A DNA stretch of 64,000 nt from Amoebophrya sp. A120 (Eukaryota; Protista; Dinoflagellata): contig CAJINV010000002.1 of assembly GCA_905178155.1 (NCBI GenBank), positions 8,265,224 through 8,329,223 on the forward strand, in the 5' to 3' direction. Positions 21,131 to 32,905 of the stretch are shown here, piece after piece. Every line of letters begins with the position of its first letter. Position 1 is the first letter of the stretch. Under the pieces are notes generated by a model. That model saw only the letters and a list, made by a program, of their open reading frames with translations. It did no database searches and was not told the DNA's origin. The position numbers and the translations under genes were made by a program.

Positions 21131-22387
21131 ATGAACAACGCGGCGGTTGGTTTTCTTCTTTGTTTGGGCGCCGGCAGTGCCACGGCCTTGGGCGCGTCGC
21201 TTGTCTTTCATAACAACGTGGTAAAATTGGCGAACAAGCGGGTTCTTGCAAGCGGGCTAGCCCTCGCCGCGGGCGTCATGCTCTACATCTCCTTCATCGA
21301 GATTTTCTACAAGGCGGTAGACGGGTTCCAGGAAGTGGAACTGGAACAGATGGGCACCCTGTCCAGTGAGGAAACTGCGAAGACCAATCAGGAAGACAAG
21401 GCGTACAAGCAGGCCGTCTGGCGGAGCTACCTGACCTTTTTGTCCGGGGTGGTGCTCATGATGCTTCTGGACAAACTGGTACATCGCTTAGCGGAGGGAA
21501 CCGTGCTGATGAGCAGCAGCCCCAGTAGTGGAGGTGCACCTGAGCAAGAACTACACGGAGTCGAAGAAGTGGGGGGCGTACAAATAGGGGAGCATCCGGC
21601 GCACAACGAAGATGATCTTCACGCTGGCGCCTTGGCCATGACCAGCTCTGAAGTTGTCATCACGCCAGAGCGAATGATGGCTGAAGATCAGGAGGATGTC
21701 GAGGACCATAATCGCATTCCTCAGAAAGAGACCACGATAGCAAGTTCCCTGAACAAGACGAAGAACGCGCCGGTCGTGGTTGCACACAAAGCAAGTGTGG
21801 ACGAACAAAACAAGGTTGACCTCGAACTGCAGGATCTGTCCGCCTCACAGGTGAACGAATCTGCGTCGTCCTCGACGGTAAATTCGACACAGAAACAAGT
21901 CCAAGAGCAGCTCCTCTCCACGATGGCACTAAAAACCGCGCTCGCGATCGCGCTGCACAATTTCCCCGAGGGATTGGCCACCTTCATCGCGACTCTGGAC
22001 TCCGTCGAAGTGGGCGCGGCGATGGCGTTTGGCATCGCGATTCACAACATTCCCGAGGGCTTGTGCGTCGCGATCCCGGTGTTTTACGCCACGAACAATC
22101 GGAGAAAAGCCTTTTTCTGGGGGTTGTTTTCCGGGTTGAGCGAACCGCTGGCGGCGCTACTCTGCTGGGCATTTCTCAAGTATGGCTTTGACGAAGTGAA
22201 TGGCACCATCTACGGGATCCTCTTCGCCTTGGTGGCGGGCATGATGGTCTACATTAGTTTGCACGAGCTGCTCCCAACGGCCTATCGCTACGACCCGAAG
22301 GACGCCGTCGTTACCATCAGCTGGCTTTTCGGCATGGCCATCATAGGAGCGAGTCTCCTGCTGCTACTGCCGGACGGGGAAAGATGA
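21131..22387 (+). CDS. ZIP family zinc/iron transporter (ZupT-like), intronless
   Basis: AAGVMLYISFIEI, AIALHNFPEG, IAIHNIPEG, SGLSEP, AGMMVYISLHELLP. Confidence 0.95.
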   Translation: MNNAAVGFLLCLGAGSATALGASLVFHNNVVKLANKRVLASGLALAAGVMLYISFIEIFYKAVDGFQEVELEQMGTLSSEETAKTNQEDKAYKQAVWRSYLTFLSGVVLMMLLDKLVHRLAEGTVLMSSSPSSGGAPEQELHGVEEVGGVQIGEHPAHNEDDLHAGALAMTSSEVVITPERMMAEDQEDVEDHNRIPQKETTIASSLNKTKNAPVVVAHKASVDEQNKVDLELQDLSASQVNESASSSTVNSTQKQVQEQLLSTMALKTALAIALHNFPEGLATFIATLDSVEVGAAMAFGIAIHNIPEGLCVAIPVFYATNNRRKAFFWGLFSGLSEPLAALLCWAFLKYGFDEVNGTIYGILFALVAGMMVYISLHELLPTAYRYDPKDAVVTISWLFGMAIIGASLLLLLPDGER

Positions 22388-23278
22388 AAGCTCCTGTGCC
22401 GATTGATGCAGTGCATGTGGATTCATAATCATATTGATGCACAGAACTTTTCGTAGGCATGCGCACCCAGGCTTACTACACCTGATAAATGAGGTCGTCG
22501 TTCTGGTGCAAGCATCTTCACGTCGATCTTCTCTTTTGGCATCGAGTGCTACCCCACGTTTTGAAGTAAGTACGTGTCTATCAAAAAATGTAGAGATTAA
22601 ATTTGTTTCATGAGAAGTTTGTCGTGGCTTTGTTGGATGTTTCTTTGTGAAACACCGAAAAATCAACAGTGCGACCACGTAGAAGCCGCGAAGAAGCGCC
22701 TGCTCGCGAGAACAGCATTTGATGTACAGCTTTGTGTAACACTACACCTGCTCTGCGAGCGTACTGCTCGCGGACATCACTAGCACCACATTGTTTCCGA
22801 ACAACTTCCGTCCGCTCTCAGATGTGCCGACGGTAGTTCTCTTGCTACTGTGCTGCTGTTGCTGTACGATTTTCAACATTTCGATGAATTTACTGTCAAC
22901 CTTTATTTTTTAACAGCAAGCTGACTTCTGACGCAGATGCTGATATGCGTTAAGCACCTCTACCGGGATTGAGGCACAAGCTCGCATGATGTTCAGATCA
23001 TTTGCTGAGCTGCAACATCAAGTGTATCTATGCGTTGTACTCTTCCCGTGATTGTTTTCAGCTTCGTTTTCGTCTTGTTCCGCTACCCGTCCCGTCGTCT
23101 GTTTGAGTTTGTTTCAGAGTTTTTCGTTCTTTTCGGCTTTCGGCAGTAGTTCACCGGTTTCACCAAGCCGACCGGAAATTACTTAATAAGATACCCTGCC
23201 TTATTGTTTTGCTTTTCTCATCCCAGCTTCGCGGTGGCCGCCGTGTATCTGCTTAGCTGAAGACAAGAAACGAAAACG

Positions 23279-25678
23279 ATGTCATCTCGGAATCCCTGCG
23301 AGGATTCTCGTTCGCATCCAGCAGAAAGGGTCCTCGCCCCACCAGAAACAAGAACATCTTCTCCTGCTTCTGAGATCATTAGGTCGAAAAGCCGCGCTGC
23401 GGTAGTTAGCACAGCTGCGGATGAAGCTCCTGTCGGGGCCCGCCCCGCTGGCGCGACAGCACCACCAGCGGATGTTGATCGTTCCTCTTTCTTGACGAAG
23501 CAATGGGAGTTTCTTTCCCAGATTTGCTCCTCGGCTCGAAACAGCCGGGCCCGCCTGCTGCCCCCGATGCTGGCCATTTGGGTGGCTTCCTTCGGCGGGG
23601 CACTGCATGAGCCGGTCACGACGTTTTTCCTCCTCCAGCTGAAGGCCACGATGCACGAACTGGGGAATTTCGGCGCTATCACGACCGTGGGCGGGTTATT
23701 TGTCACCCCGATCTACGGGTACTTCTTGGACAAGAACTCGGCCTACCTCCCCTGCGTTATCTCCGCGGGCTGCTGCGCCTTTGGCTGCCTGCTGCGTGGA
23801 TTCGCGCCAGTACGGATGGAGGAGGATTTATTCGCGCCGTCACATCAGCTCCACACTACAACTGCTGGAAACGTGATTTTAAGTGACACAGGCACGACTT
23901 CTGGATCGTCAGTTGTGCAACGGCCACTAGCTCAACGCGGAGATGTGGACCGCAGCATGGATCTTCATACCGGCTCGGCTTCCGCCCTCGCCGCGCACAA
24001 TGACGAGATGCTTTTGCGAAGGAGGTTTCTGCATCAAACACACGACTACAGTACCGGTGCCGAGACGTCCATCACCTCCTCTAGTCATTTCTGGCTCTAC
24101 CTGGCGCACGTTATTATGGGTCTTGGTGCAGTGAATTTTTGGACAGTCGTGCAGTCCTATGTCACGCTGGCCAGTGAGAAAAAAGATGTGGCGGTCAGCG
24201 GTTTCACAGTACAGGTGGCCACGTTGCGGCTTTTGGGAACCAGCTGCTACCCGGGTTTCGACTATTTCCTCCAGTGGGCGCAGCAGCACGGCTTTCTCGT
24301 TTCGCAGCACAGTTCTCTTCACAGAGATGGGGCACCAGTGACGAACCCGCAGTCAACATCTTCCTCGGAAGAACCAGCAAACCGCTTGCTGCGAGACCGA
24401 ATCCACATGGGCGTGTGCAGTGTGTTCTGCGTGTTCGGGTTTTTCTTCATGGTCGCACGATTTCAGCCGGAGGAAGGGGAACGAGGAGAATGTGAGGACC
24501 TCCAAGCGGCGTCGTCCCCCGTTGCGAAGAAAAATGAAGGCGGGGTGGATAATTCAGATTCAGACTCTTCACACACATCGGAGCAGATCGTGGAAGACGA
24601 GTTTGTCATGGTAAAAGGAGATAAAAGCCTCCTGCACGGGAAGAAGGCGAAGAAAACCACGATGAAGGGTGGGAATAAAAGTGACAAAGGTTGTCGCTAC
24701 GAGCCCGTCGCCTCGCAGGAATCTTGCACGCCGGAAAAAGCCGTAGTTTTCGGAGCTGCTAGTCGTGGAAAACAAGCCTATCAAGTAGCAGGGACAAGAA
24801 CATCTCGTGCCCGAATACTTGAAGAAAGTAAAACTACTTTTAAGAATAATTCTACGTCGCCACATGGACATGAAACGGAGCTGGATAGTTTTGCTTGCAG
24901 AGCTGACCTCGACAAAGCAGCCGACGTTGTGGTAAAAAGCAACGCACTGACAAGGCGTGAGTGCTCCGCGATTTGCCTCTTACTGCTCGGAATGGTGGTG
25001 CAAGCGTTCGGCGAGACAGTCGCGAAGGTTTTGTGGCCGCTGCACATCAAGAGCACCTTGAACTGGGACAGTCACGAGCTCGCGTATCTGCAGCTGGGTG
25101 GGCAGGTCGCCGTAATTTTGGCGACTTTGGTGTACCCCAGCCTAACGCAGCTACTCGGGGAGGCGAGGACCTCGGTTGTTTTGCCGGTCCTGTGCGGCCT
25201 CAGCTGCTGTCTCGCGTTTCTGGAATTCAGTGCACAACTCTCGGTACCGCTTGATTTTTCAACCACGACACCTGACGTTCACGTCGAACAGGGTACTGGC
25301 ACCTCTGCGGTATTTTTGTCGTGGTCCACCAGGGTGTCTACCTTCGGCGCTTTTCACACGGCTTTCATCCTTCTCTTCCTGGCGAACGGCGCTCTGCTGA
25401 AGGTTTGTTTCCAGCATTTGAGCACTGTTTACTGCCCGCAGCAGTACCAGGGAAGGCTGTTCTCCCTGCTGGCGGTCATGGCCAGCATTGGGGGCATTTT
25501 GGGGAACCTGTTCGGGACGCGCTTTGCGGAGCGCAAATACACCTTGGCCGACCTTTTAGTACCCTTTGACAACGTCGACCACACAGCCGGTGCGGTATCG
25601 CTGCTGCTGCCCTTCGTTTTGTCGAGCTTTCTGTTCATCCTGATCGGCATCGCAAATTCCGCTTTGTTGCGGAGGTAG
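23279..25678 (+). CDS. Major facilitator superfamily transporter
   Basis: 799-aa ORF with two TM bundles, PIYGYFLDK, QYQGRLFSLL..MASIGGILG. Long Ser-rich loop insertions. Confidence 0.82.
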   Translation: MSSRNPCEDSRSHPAERVLAPPETRTSSPASEIIRSKSRAAVVSTAADEAPVGARPAGATAPPADVDRSSFLTKQWEFLSQICSSARNSRARLLPPMLAIWVASFGGALHEPVTTFFLLQLKATMHELGNFGAITTVGGLFVTPIYGYFLDKNSAYLPCVISAGCCAFGCLLRGFAPVRMEEDLFAPSHQLHTTTAGNVILSDTGTTSGSSVVQRPLAQRGDVDRSMDLHTGSASALAAHNDEMLLRRRFLHQTHDYSTGAETSITSSSHFWLYLAHVIMGLGAVNFWTVVQSYVTLASEKKDVAVSGFTVQVATLRLLGTSCYPGFDYFLQWAQQHGFLVSQHSSLHRDGAPVTNPQSTSSSEEPANRLLRDRIHMGVCSVFCVFGFFFMVARFQPEEGERGECEDLQAASSPVAKKNEGGVDNSDSDSSHTSEQIVEDEFVMVKGDKSLLHGKKAKKTTMKGGNKSDKGCRYEPVASQESCTPEKAVVFGAASRGKQAYQVAGTRTSRARILEESKTTFKNNSTSPHGHETELDSFACRADLDKAADVVVKSNALTRRECSAICLLLLGMVVQAFGETVAKVLWPLHIKSTLNWDSHELAYLQLGGQVAVILATLVYPSLTQLLGEARTSVVLPVLCGLSCCLAFLEFSAQLSVPLDFSTTTPDVHVEQGTGTSAVFLSWSTRVSTFGAFHTAFILLFLANGALLKVCFQHLSTVYCPQQYQGRLFSLLAVMASIGGILGNLFGTRFAERKYTLADLLVPFDNVDHTAGAVSLLLPFVLSSFLFILIGIANSALLRR

Positions 25679-26845
25679 CTGGATGAACGGACGGATTGGA
25701 TGTGCAAATTGGGTAGTGGAAACAAGAGAAAAAAAAAGTCAGATCTTATATTTGTGTGAAGAAGAAGATTTCTTGGCACGGAAACGGAAAGCGATATTAG
25801 ACTCACTTGACTTTGTAAGTGGTATTCCAGCGACCGTGTGGCGCATAAATGTTCCTGTTGACTACAACTAAAGAATCATCATCATGAATCTATCATGCCG
25901 CGAGTGCGCGTGCGCCAAATATTTGATACTGCGAGTGGCTGCATGTGCACGTTAATCTAGATGGTATTCCGAGAATATTTTCCGTCTAAGTATCTTCTCG
26001 ATTCTTGAGATCGTTGATCATTGGTTTTGGTATTGAGTTCATCTGAAGTCGAGGAAATGAACTTAAGCCTGCTGTGGTGGTGGCCACGGCCTACGACAAA
26101 CCTGCCAAGACCCAAAGACCAGAAGTGCATTGCTACGGACCCAAAATGAAAATTCCGAGAATGAAAAACGCAGCAGCTAGCTGCGCCGATTATCACGTTT
26201 CGGCCAGACATGAAATACAAAGTTTCGTCGGGTGTGGGTGAAGAGAACCTACCAGGTGGTCAACCCGCGTTGGAGGACGTTACTTCTTTTGGAAAAACTA
26301 CAGAAACAGAACAGTGTCCAGTGTGCCTACTTCGGCATGAGCCGTCGTGCATACAGTTCGGGAGAAATCTGAATCTTTCGATGAGCCTTTTTCTTGCGTG
26401 CCTGCTCTTCCTTTCTTTCTCTTTGCCCACTTCGTTTGCAGACATCGCTTCATTTGCCGGGAGGCGCAAACGTTTTTCAAGCGAAGATCGCGTCGTACGC
26501 TCAGGATCATTTACATTTTACCTACTTAGCCGATTATCAGATCCATTGATTTCCTGTGCTCGATTTTGTCTTCTCTTTCTCTTTTGTTTTCCTTTATTTG
26601 GTCAAGTTGGCAACGGAGTCTGGCGATGCCTTGTCGTGCTGTACATATTAATAAATTGAAGCCGCTGCTGCACTTTTTAAAATTAACTTATTCGTCGTCT
26701 CTTGCTTGCAGAGGAATCAAATCTTCACGGGATCTGCGTCAGCATCTCTCGATCTACTTGCTCTCTCTGCCATGTTGCAGCAAGGAAGTTTTTTTGCTTT
26801 TTTATCATTTTCTTTCCACTATAACTACCAGTTGTTCTTGTTACC

Positions 26846-28063
26846 ATGACGGAGACGCGGACCAGGCCCAGAAGGCGATCCGGTTTTTCTTTTCAGCGGT
26901 GTGGTTGGTCTCCACCGTCTGCCATGGGTTTTTTCTCGTCGCGCTCGATGTTCTTGGTCGTGAATGTTTTTCATCATCTCGGCAGCCAAGTTGAGTTTTT
27001 GCCCGGCGTCGTCGCGGCGTCCAAATCTACAAAAACAGACAAGAGTCAAAAGGGCACAGGAAAGGCTAAATCAGGTACAACGTCGACGGCCAAAAAAGCC
27101 AGCGGTAGCAGTGCCTCGCCCTCAAAATCACCTCCTGGCGCAGCTGATGAAAGTGATCATATCACCGGGGTCGCAGCAAGAAATACAAATAAACCTTTGC
27201 AGCCGAAAGTCACCTGGCAGCAGAATTCCGATACACTTTTCCTCACGATCCACACGCCGGGCTGCAAGCAGCAGGCCGAGAACAAAAACTACGCTGCTCT
27301 GTCCGCCACAGACAGGGGAAAGATAAACTTTGCGCGCATGCCACAAATTACCGACACGCGCATCCAGTACCAGTGTGATAGAGTGGCGGCCCAGGTATCA
27401 AGTGAGGAAGACTTTCATGGAGCAGGCAAAAAGGGGAAAGACAATGAAGTTGATGCAGCAGCTACAACATCTACTGCCGTGTCGTCCTCTACGCCTGCCA
27501 CGACAACTCCACCTCCGCGCACCTACAGTCTTGACTTGAAACTACTACGGAAGATTGCCCCGGCTTCGGCACGAGTTCAAGTGTTCGACAATAAGGTGCA
27601 GATCAACGTGGACAAACTCGCCAAGGAACCGTGCTGGAAGCACTTGCTCAAGGCTGGCATTGTCGTCGAAAAAGTTTTGACCGAGAAGAAAAAAAAGCAG
27701 GACAAAACGAAAAGTAAAAAGTCGCAAAACAACCAAGCTCCTGGAGGTCGGGTGACCACGAAAATCAAGAACCCACCGTGGTTGCAGTTCGAGTTTGACC
27801 AGTTGTATGCGGATGATTGTCAGCTCCAAAAGGAGCTCTGGCGAGAGACGTATTTCAAGGAAAAGTATAAGCACGGTGCGGAGGACGAGATCAGGAAGTT
27901 GCACAAGCACTTTGCGACAGACATGGAAAAGCTGCCCGTCGACCAGCAAGTCAAATTTGCCACGTGGAACGCGGCGATCCAGAAGATGCGGGATCGGGCG
28001 GTGCCCTATGATGAGGTGAAGCCGTTCACGATTTCTGGTTCTTCTGGAGCTAGTTCTACATAA
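26846..28063 (+). CDS. CS (p23/HSP20-like) domain protein
   Basis: PKVTWQQNSDTLFLTI, YSLDLKLLRKI, W..LL, PPWLQFEFD resemble the p23 fold. The true start may be a later ATG. Confidence 0.7.
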   Translation: MTETRTRPRRRSGFSFQRCGWSPPSAMGFFSSRSMFLVVNVFHHLGSQVEFLPGVVAASKSTKTDKSQKGTGKAKSGTTSTAKKASGSSASPSKSPPGAADESDHITGVAARNTNKPLQPKVTWQQNSDTLFLTIHTPGCKQQAENKNYAALSATDRGKINFARMPQITDTRIQYQCDRVAAQVSSEEDFHGAGKKGKDNEVDAAATTSTAVSSSTPATTTPPPRTYSLDLKLLRKIAPASARVQVFDNKVQINVDKLAKEPCWKHLLKAGIVVEKVLTEKKKKQDKTKSKKSQNNQAPGGRVTTKIKNPPWLQFEFDQLYADDCQLQKELWRETYFKEKYKHGAEDEIRKLHKHFATDMEKLPVDQQVKFATWNAAIQKMRDRAVPYDEVKPFTISGSSGASST

Positions 28064-28790
28064 GGATGAGTTCAGTGCCATGTTGATGTTCAAAAGACGT
28101 CTCATCTTCGTCTTCCTTGACGTAAATCTGCAGACCGCACCTTGTAAGTACTTCCAAAAGGAGACAATCTGCTCGATAGACGAGCAGCGCCAGTAGTACG
28201 GCTATGAGCCATACTGCACGACATTCGTGTGGTAATACATGGGCTTTTATTTTTTGGGGTTTTTAATAGTTGGGGTTTGTTTGCACGAGCTCCATCGATC
28301 ATCTTGGCCGAGTAGCTACAAGTAGCTATTCCTTCGACGTCGAAGCTTGTGTATGGCTATGATCCATCTGAGAGACTCATCGTGAGGAAGATTGTGAGCC
28401 GGAGAGTTCTTTTTTCTCAAGGCTTTTTGTTTTTTCAGTTATCGCCTCTTCGCTGACCGCGATGGCGAGCGGAGTGGAGCAGGAGGAGTTGTAGGTACCG
28501 AGCCACTACCATCGTTTGACTCGTGTACAACTCTACTTTGTTTCATTCTGATTTATCCGCAGCCAGGACCTAACTCTTGCTACATTACTTCGAAGCTTCG
28601 GGTAGAAGCCCTTTCTTCTGAGAAAACGACGAGTAGAACATCATCTCTGGTTCTGAATTGCCGCACAACGATGATAAATTGAATATACGAGATAAGAGAG
28701 GCAGTGGCAGAGGCTACGGCCAGCGAGGTACGTCCTAGTCTAAGTACTGCAGCAGCTTATCCAAGGTTCTTGTTTCAGTCAAGAAAAACC

Positions 28791-31700
28791 ATGTCTCGAC
28801 GTGGAACAAGTTCCAAGGACGACAACTCTGTCGACAAGGACCGAGCCTTTATTTCACGACCACCCTGTGCTTCCGGCGACAGAGTGGAAGAGTCTGTACC
28901 TCGACCTAATGTCACTTCTTTCTGCGCATCTGCTTCAGCAATTTGCTCCACTCAAGAAGAAGCGAAAAAAACAGATCAAGAAACAACGAATACGAAATTC
29001 AATGGAGAGAAACCTACGATCACGCTAGATGAAGTCGCCGCTGAGCGAGTCGGGATTATGAAGAGGAATAGTAGAACCGCTATTGCAGCAAGTTCTGCTG
29101 TTGAGGAAGAGAAAAATTTTCTGTCACAGGGCGAGCACGAGTGGCGGACTCCCAAAGATACAATTTCCGCGTTTGGCGTCACGTTTACCGTCGACTGCAA
29201 ACCGGATAATCCAGAGGAGGCCGTGGTGGTTCAGCCCTGGAGTGGCCTGCCGCAGTCCGGAGTCGCCGAGTACCAGGTGCCGCACCGGTCGCCGGAGATG
29301 AAAAGTAGCAGTTGTAGCAGTAGGGAGGGAGCAAAAACTACGTCAGGTTCGTCCTCACCTTCATCTTCCGCACCGTCTGTGGGACGAGCAAGCGGAGATG
29401 ACTCAGCAGAGCTGGATGAACAATCTTTGGTAAATTCCTTAAACCACGACAACTCGACCGAACAAGTACCTAACGCGTTGCGCAGTAGTAGACGGGTAGA
29501 AGATTCAACATCTTTTCAGAGAAAAAACTCCCGAACAAGAAACTCCTCTCCGTCCTCCCGGGCAGCATGGCAGCACCAGCGGCAGCTTTCCTCTCGTTTC
29601 TATGTGGATTCCAACACGGACCATTTGATTCTTCCGTTGGCCAAGGACGAGATGTGGGGCATTTCGAGGTACGAGAAGCTTCTGCTCTCCCTGCCGGTCT
29701 TCCAGCACCTCCCGCAACTCGCGTACGTGTTGCTCCTGTGCGTGCACTTGGGTTTTGCGCCGTTTTTTTTGTTTTACAAAACCGCGAAGACCTTCCCCCC
29801 GAGTGTGGCGAGTTTCATCTTCATGGCCTACCTGCAGTCGCTGAACCCGAAGCAACAAATCTACGCAGACGGGGCCGACGTGTTTCGCACGGTCCTGCAA
29901 AAATTTCGCCTGGACAAATTGTGCCGGAGCGTACCGGTTCTGATCAACCCACTAAAGGTACGCAACGAGAGTGCACAACAAAAAGGACTCCCCCCCGATG
30001 TTCACTTATTTGCAATATCGACGCAAGCACTTGTTAGCTACAACTTTCGCGACGCTGACACGCTCTGACACCACTACGATCCGAAACAGCAGTACAGTCT
30101 AGACGTGCATTTGGATTTGTAAAGTTTCGTGTTTTATGCTCTTGCTACAACCCGCCAGCACTTGACCACAGGCTCGGAACAACGTCAAGGGGCCGGATAC
30201 CTACTAGTTTTGCACTCTCATAAAACGTGATCGGCTACCTCAGCGGGGACCACCCGCCGGCCGCGGTCGTGTCGAAGGCGCTGCTGGCCGGGGCGGGCAA
30301 AGAAGGTACGAAGGCCGGTGCAAGAGCGGCTGCATATCCGGAAGAACAGGCACGGCCATCTTCCGGTTCCTCTGCTCCGTATTCAAATATGATCAGCACC
30401 AGTAGCACAACTACATCCGCCTCATCCCTGCAGCTAAAGAAGAACGGGCACACGATCGTGTTCACGTCGCGCGACCTGCTCCTGACCGGCGCGGAGCGGA
30501 ACTTCGTGTTTGGCTGCCACCCGCACGGGGTCTTGAACCTCTGCAACGGGACCGCGTTTGTGCTCTCCGGGTATTTGTTGAAGGACGTTTTGGGCAAAAA
30601 CTTCCGATCCAGGCTATTACAGGGAAAAATGCAGCCACCCCGAAGTTTGCAAAAGTTTCTCATGCAAAGTTTCCAAATGAAAGACTTTTGTCTTGCATGA
30701 AAGGAGCACGAGGATTTCTGATGCAGAATCTAGGCACGAAAGGTATCTTTTGCATAAGAGATCCGCCTTCTGTTCGGCTCCTTTGCATCACAGATTTGCA
30801 CTATTCAGCATGGAAAATTTGTGATGCTGATAGATGCAAGACGGAGAATGTTTTCATTGGAAAGATTTGCAACACAAATGCTGCCAAGTGAAGGGGCGGC
30901 GGCATTTTTCGCTGTAATACAGGCTCGGCGGCATCGAGTCGGTGTTTCAAGTCCCAGTTTTGCGCGAGTTCTTGCTCAACGTGTACGGTGTGTGTTCCGC
31001 GAGCGAGAAGCCACTGTTGGAGCAATTGAACCGGAAAAACCGTTCGGTCGCACTGGTGGTCGGTGGCGCCTTAGTATCCATTGCAAGAAAAGTAGTTGTG
31101 TTTTCTCACTCATGGAAATTTGCGCATTTCAAATTTTCATAAAACATGATGAGAAATGGAATTTGATGAAATTCTGACGAGCGTACAGCACCGAATATAG
31201 GCCTGTCAAAATGATCCATTCATGATTGCAATGAATTTACGCGAAGTTGTGCGATAGTACTTCTACTTTTGAACAGGATAGTTGGAGGCTCTCTTTACCG
31301 AGTTCAAATTCGACAACAATACGACTTCTGCACCAGACGAAGGTCACATGGAAGTGCAAAAACAAGACGAAAAAGAGCATCAAAGCCACCTACTAGACGG
31401 TCAACCTCAGCGCCCGCGCAACAAAATGCGGCTGGTGCTCAAAGACCGAAAGGGTTTCGTCCGCATTGCGTTGTTGGCACAGAAACCGCTGGTTCCGGTG
31501 CTCGGCTTCGGGGAGAATTCGCTCTACCAACAAAAAGCGGTGTCGGTCGCGTGGAGAAGTCGCCAGCTGCAGTTGCAAAGGCTCACGGGCGTGAGCTTCC
31601 CCGCGGTGCGAAGCAAGGCTTCGACTCTGTTCCCCTTGATCCCGCGCCGGGACGTGCCTTTGACGTCGGTCTTCGGCCGCATGGTCGATGTCAAGGTGAG

Positions 31701-32121
31701 GCGAAGCGACGTGGCAGGCGGGATCATGATGTTCGGGGGGAACAAGAAAAGCGAAAGCAAAGGCACGCCGGCTTCGCCTGAACTGCAGGACGATGATAAG
31801 AGGATGACCACCTACAACAGCGACGAGGATTTGTACCTAACGCAGGAGGAGGTGAACTGCCTCCCGAAGCGGGAAATCGACCGGCTAGTGGACAAGATTC
31901 ACGCGGCGTACATTCTGGAGGTGCGGCGGCTGCACGCGGAGGCAGCGCCCTTGTATGGGACGGAATGCGACCAGGTACTGGAGATAATTTCCTCCAGGGA
32001 CGCGCGGGACCTAGAATACTACAAGCGAAGTGTGCTAGGAATGGAGAATTCTACAACAGCACCGGCTTCTGGTTCTTCCTCGGCGGACGATCTTGGTACA
32101 GGTACAAGGTCGAAGTTGTGA
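28791..32121 (+). CDS. Diacylglycerol acyltransferase 2 (DGAT2/MGAT family), 4 exons, ~846 aa
   Basis: FGCHPHG, VFQVPVLREF, LVVGGALEAL, RKGFVRIAL, LVPVLGFGEN. Exons 28791-29958, 30228-30614, 30925-31074, 31286-32121 (sum 2541 nt). Confidence 0.88.
29959..30222 (+). mobile_element. Decayed TIR introner, family E (264 bp), DR AAAGG/AAACG
   Basis: TACGCAACGAGAGTGCACAAC ... GTTTTGCACTCTCATA. Element + 5 removal gives PLKVIGYL. Confidence 0.72.
30615..30919 (+). mobile_element. TIR introner (305 bp), DR CAGGC (GC-AG register possible)
   Basis: TATTACAGGGAAAAATGCAGCCACCCC ... GGGGCGGCGGCATTTTTCGCTGTAATA. Perfect DR, gives RSRLGGIESVF. Confidence 0.92.
31075..31280 (+). mobile_element. Decayed TIR introner (206 bp), DR CTTAG/GTTGG
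   Basis: TATCCATTGCAAGAAAAGTAG ... CTACTTTTGAACAGGATA. Restores the DGAT2 motif GGALEAL. Confidence 0.82.
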
Positions 32122-32905
32122 TGAACAACTTGAGGCAGTCGTACAGTTTCTCTTCCTGTCTCGTGAATTTGATCCTACTGCTATATTAAACATGTCTCTG
32201 CTGTTGATATTTCTCGGTTTTACGAGAACATAAGATGTAGCAGCAGGTAGTAGAAGTGAGTAAGCGGTTCTTGTTTTATTCGAGTGCATCGAAGAGTCAA
32301 CCGTGTAAAATTAATACCTTCAAATCTTTTCGCATGATCGGATACCACTTTTTGAAGAATGTCGCATAATTTCTCTTCCTGTATTCAAAGCGAAAGCTCA
32401 AGCTAACTTCTCTGCCTGTAAAAAGCTTTTTTGCTCGAGAAGGATAAAGAAGGAAAACCAGAAACAAGAATAAACGTATCAACAGAAGAATTCTGCGGTG
32501 AGTTGAATGATGTTGATGAATCGATGAAGACGACAGGAAGAGAGTCGGAGACGAACGGAATCAAACGACTAAAGCACCGACTTCGCATACAGTTGTATCG
32601 GTGACAAGGCACAGCTCCTCCATTTCCTCTCGCGGCAGCAACGATGACTACGCATCGATGTTCTTTCGAGCCTCTATGCTTTTTCGATCCTCAGTTGTTT
32701 CTCCTATCGATTACTTCCAGCAACGCTTTTATTTTTATATTTTTTTCCGAGATTTTTGACATTGATCACTTTAGGCAATCGTAGTGCTATGATCGCGAGG
32801 TCTGCGCCCCTCCTCAGGCGTCGACGATTAAGTACGGTAACGATCTACAAAAGTCTGTTCGTCAAGTAGAACTTTAACTTTTCAATTTACTTATCCACGA
32901 TCACG

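Noticed and set aside
30172-30228. 14-nt micro-exon plus 43-nt intron in DGAT2
   Set aside because: A single family E TIR intron (29959-30222) explains the junction more simply.
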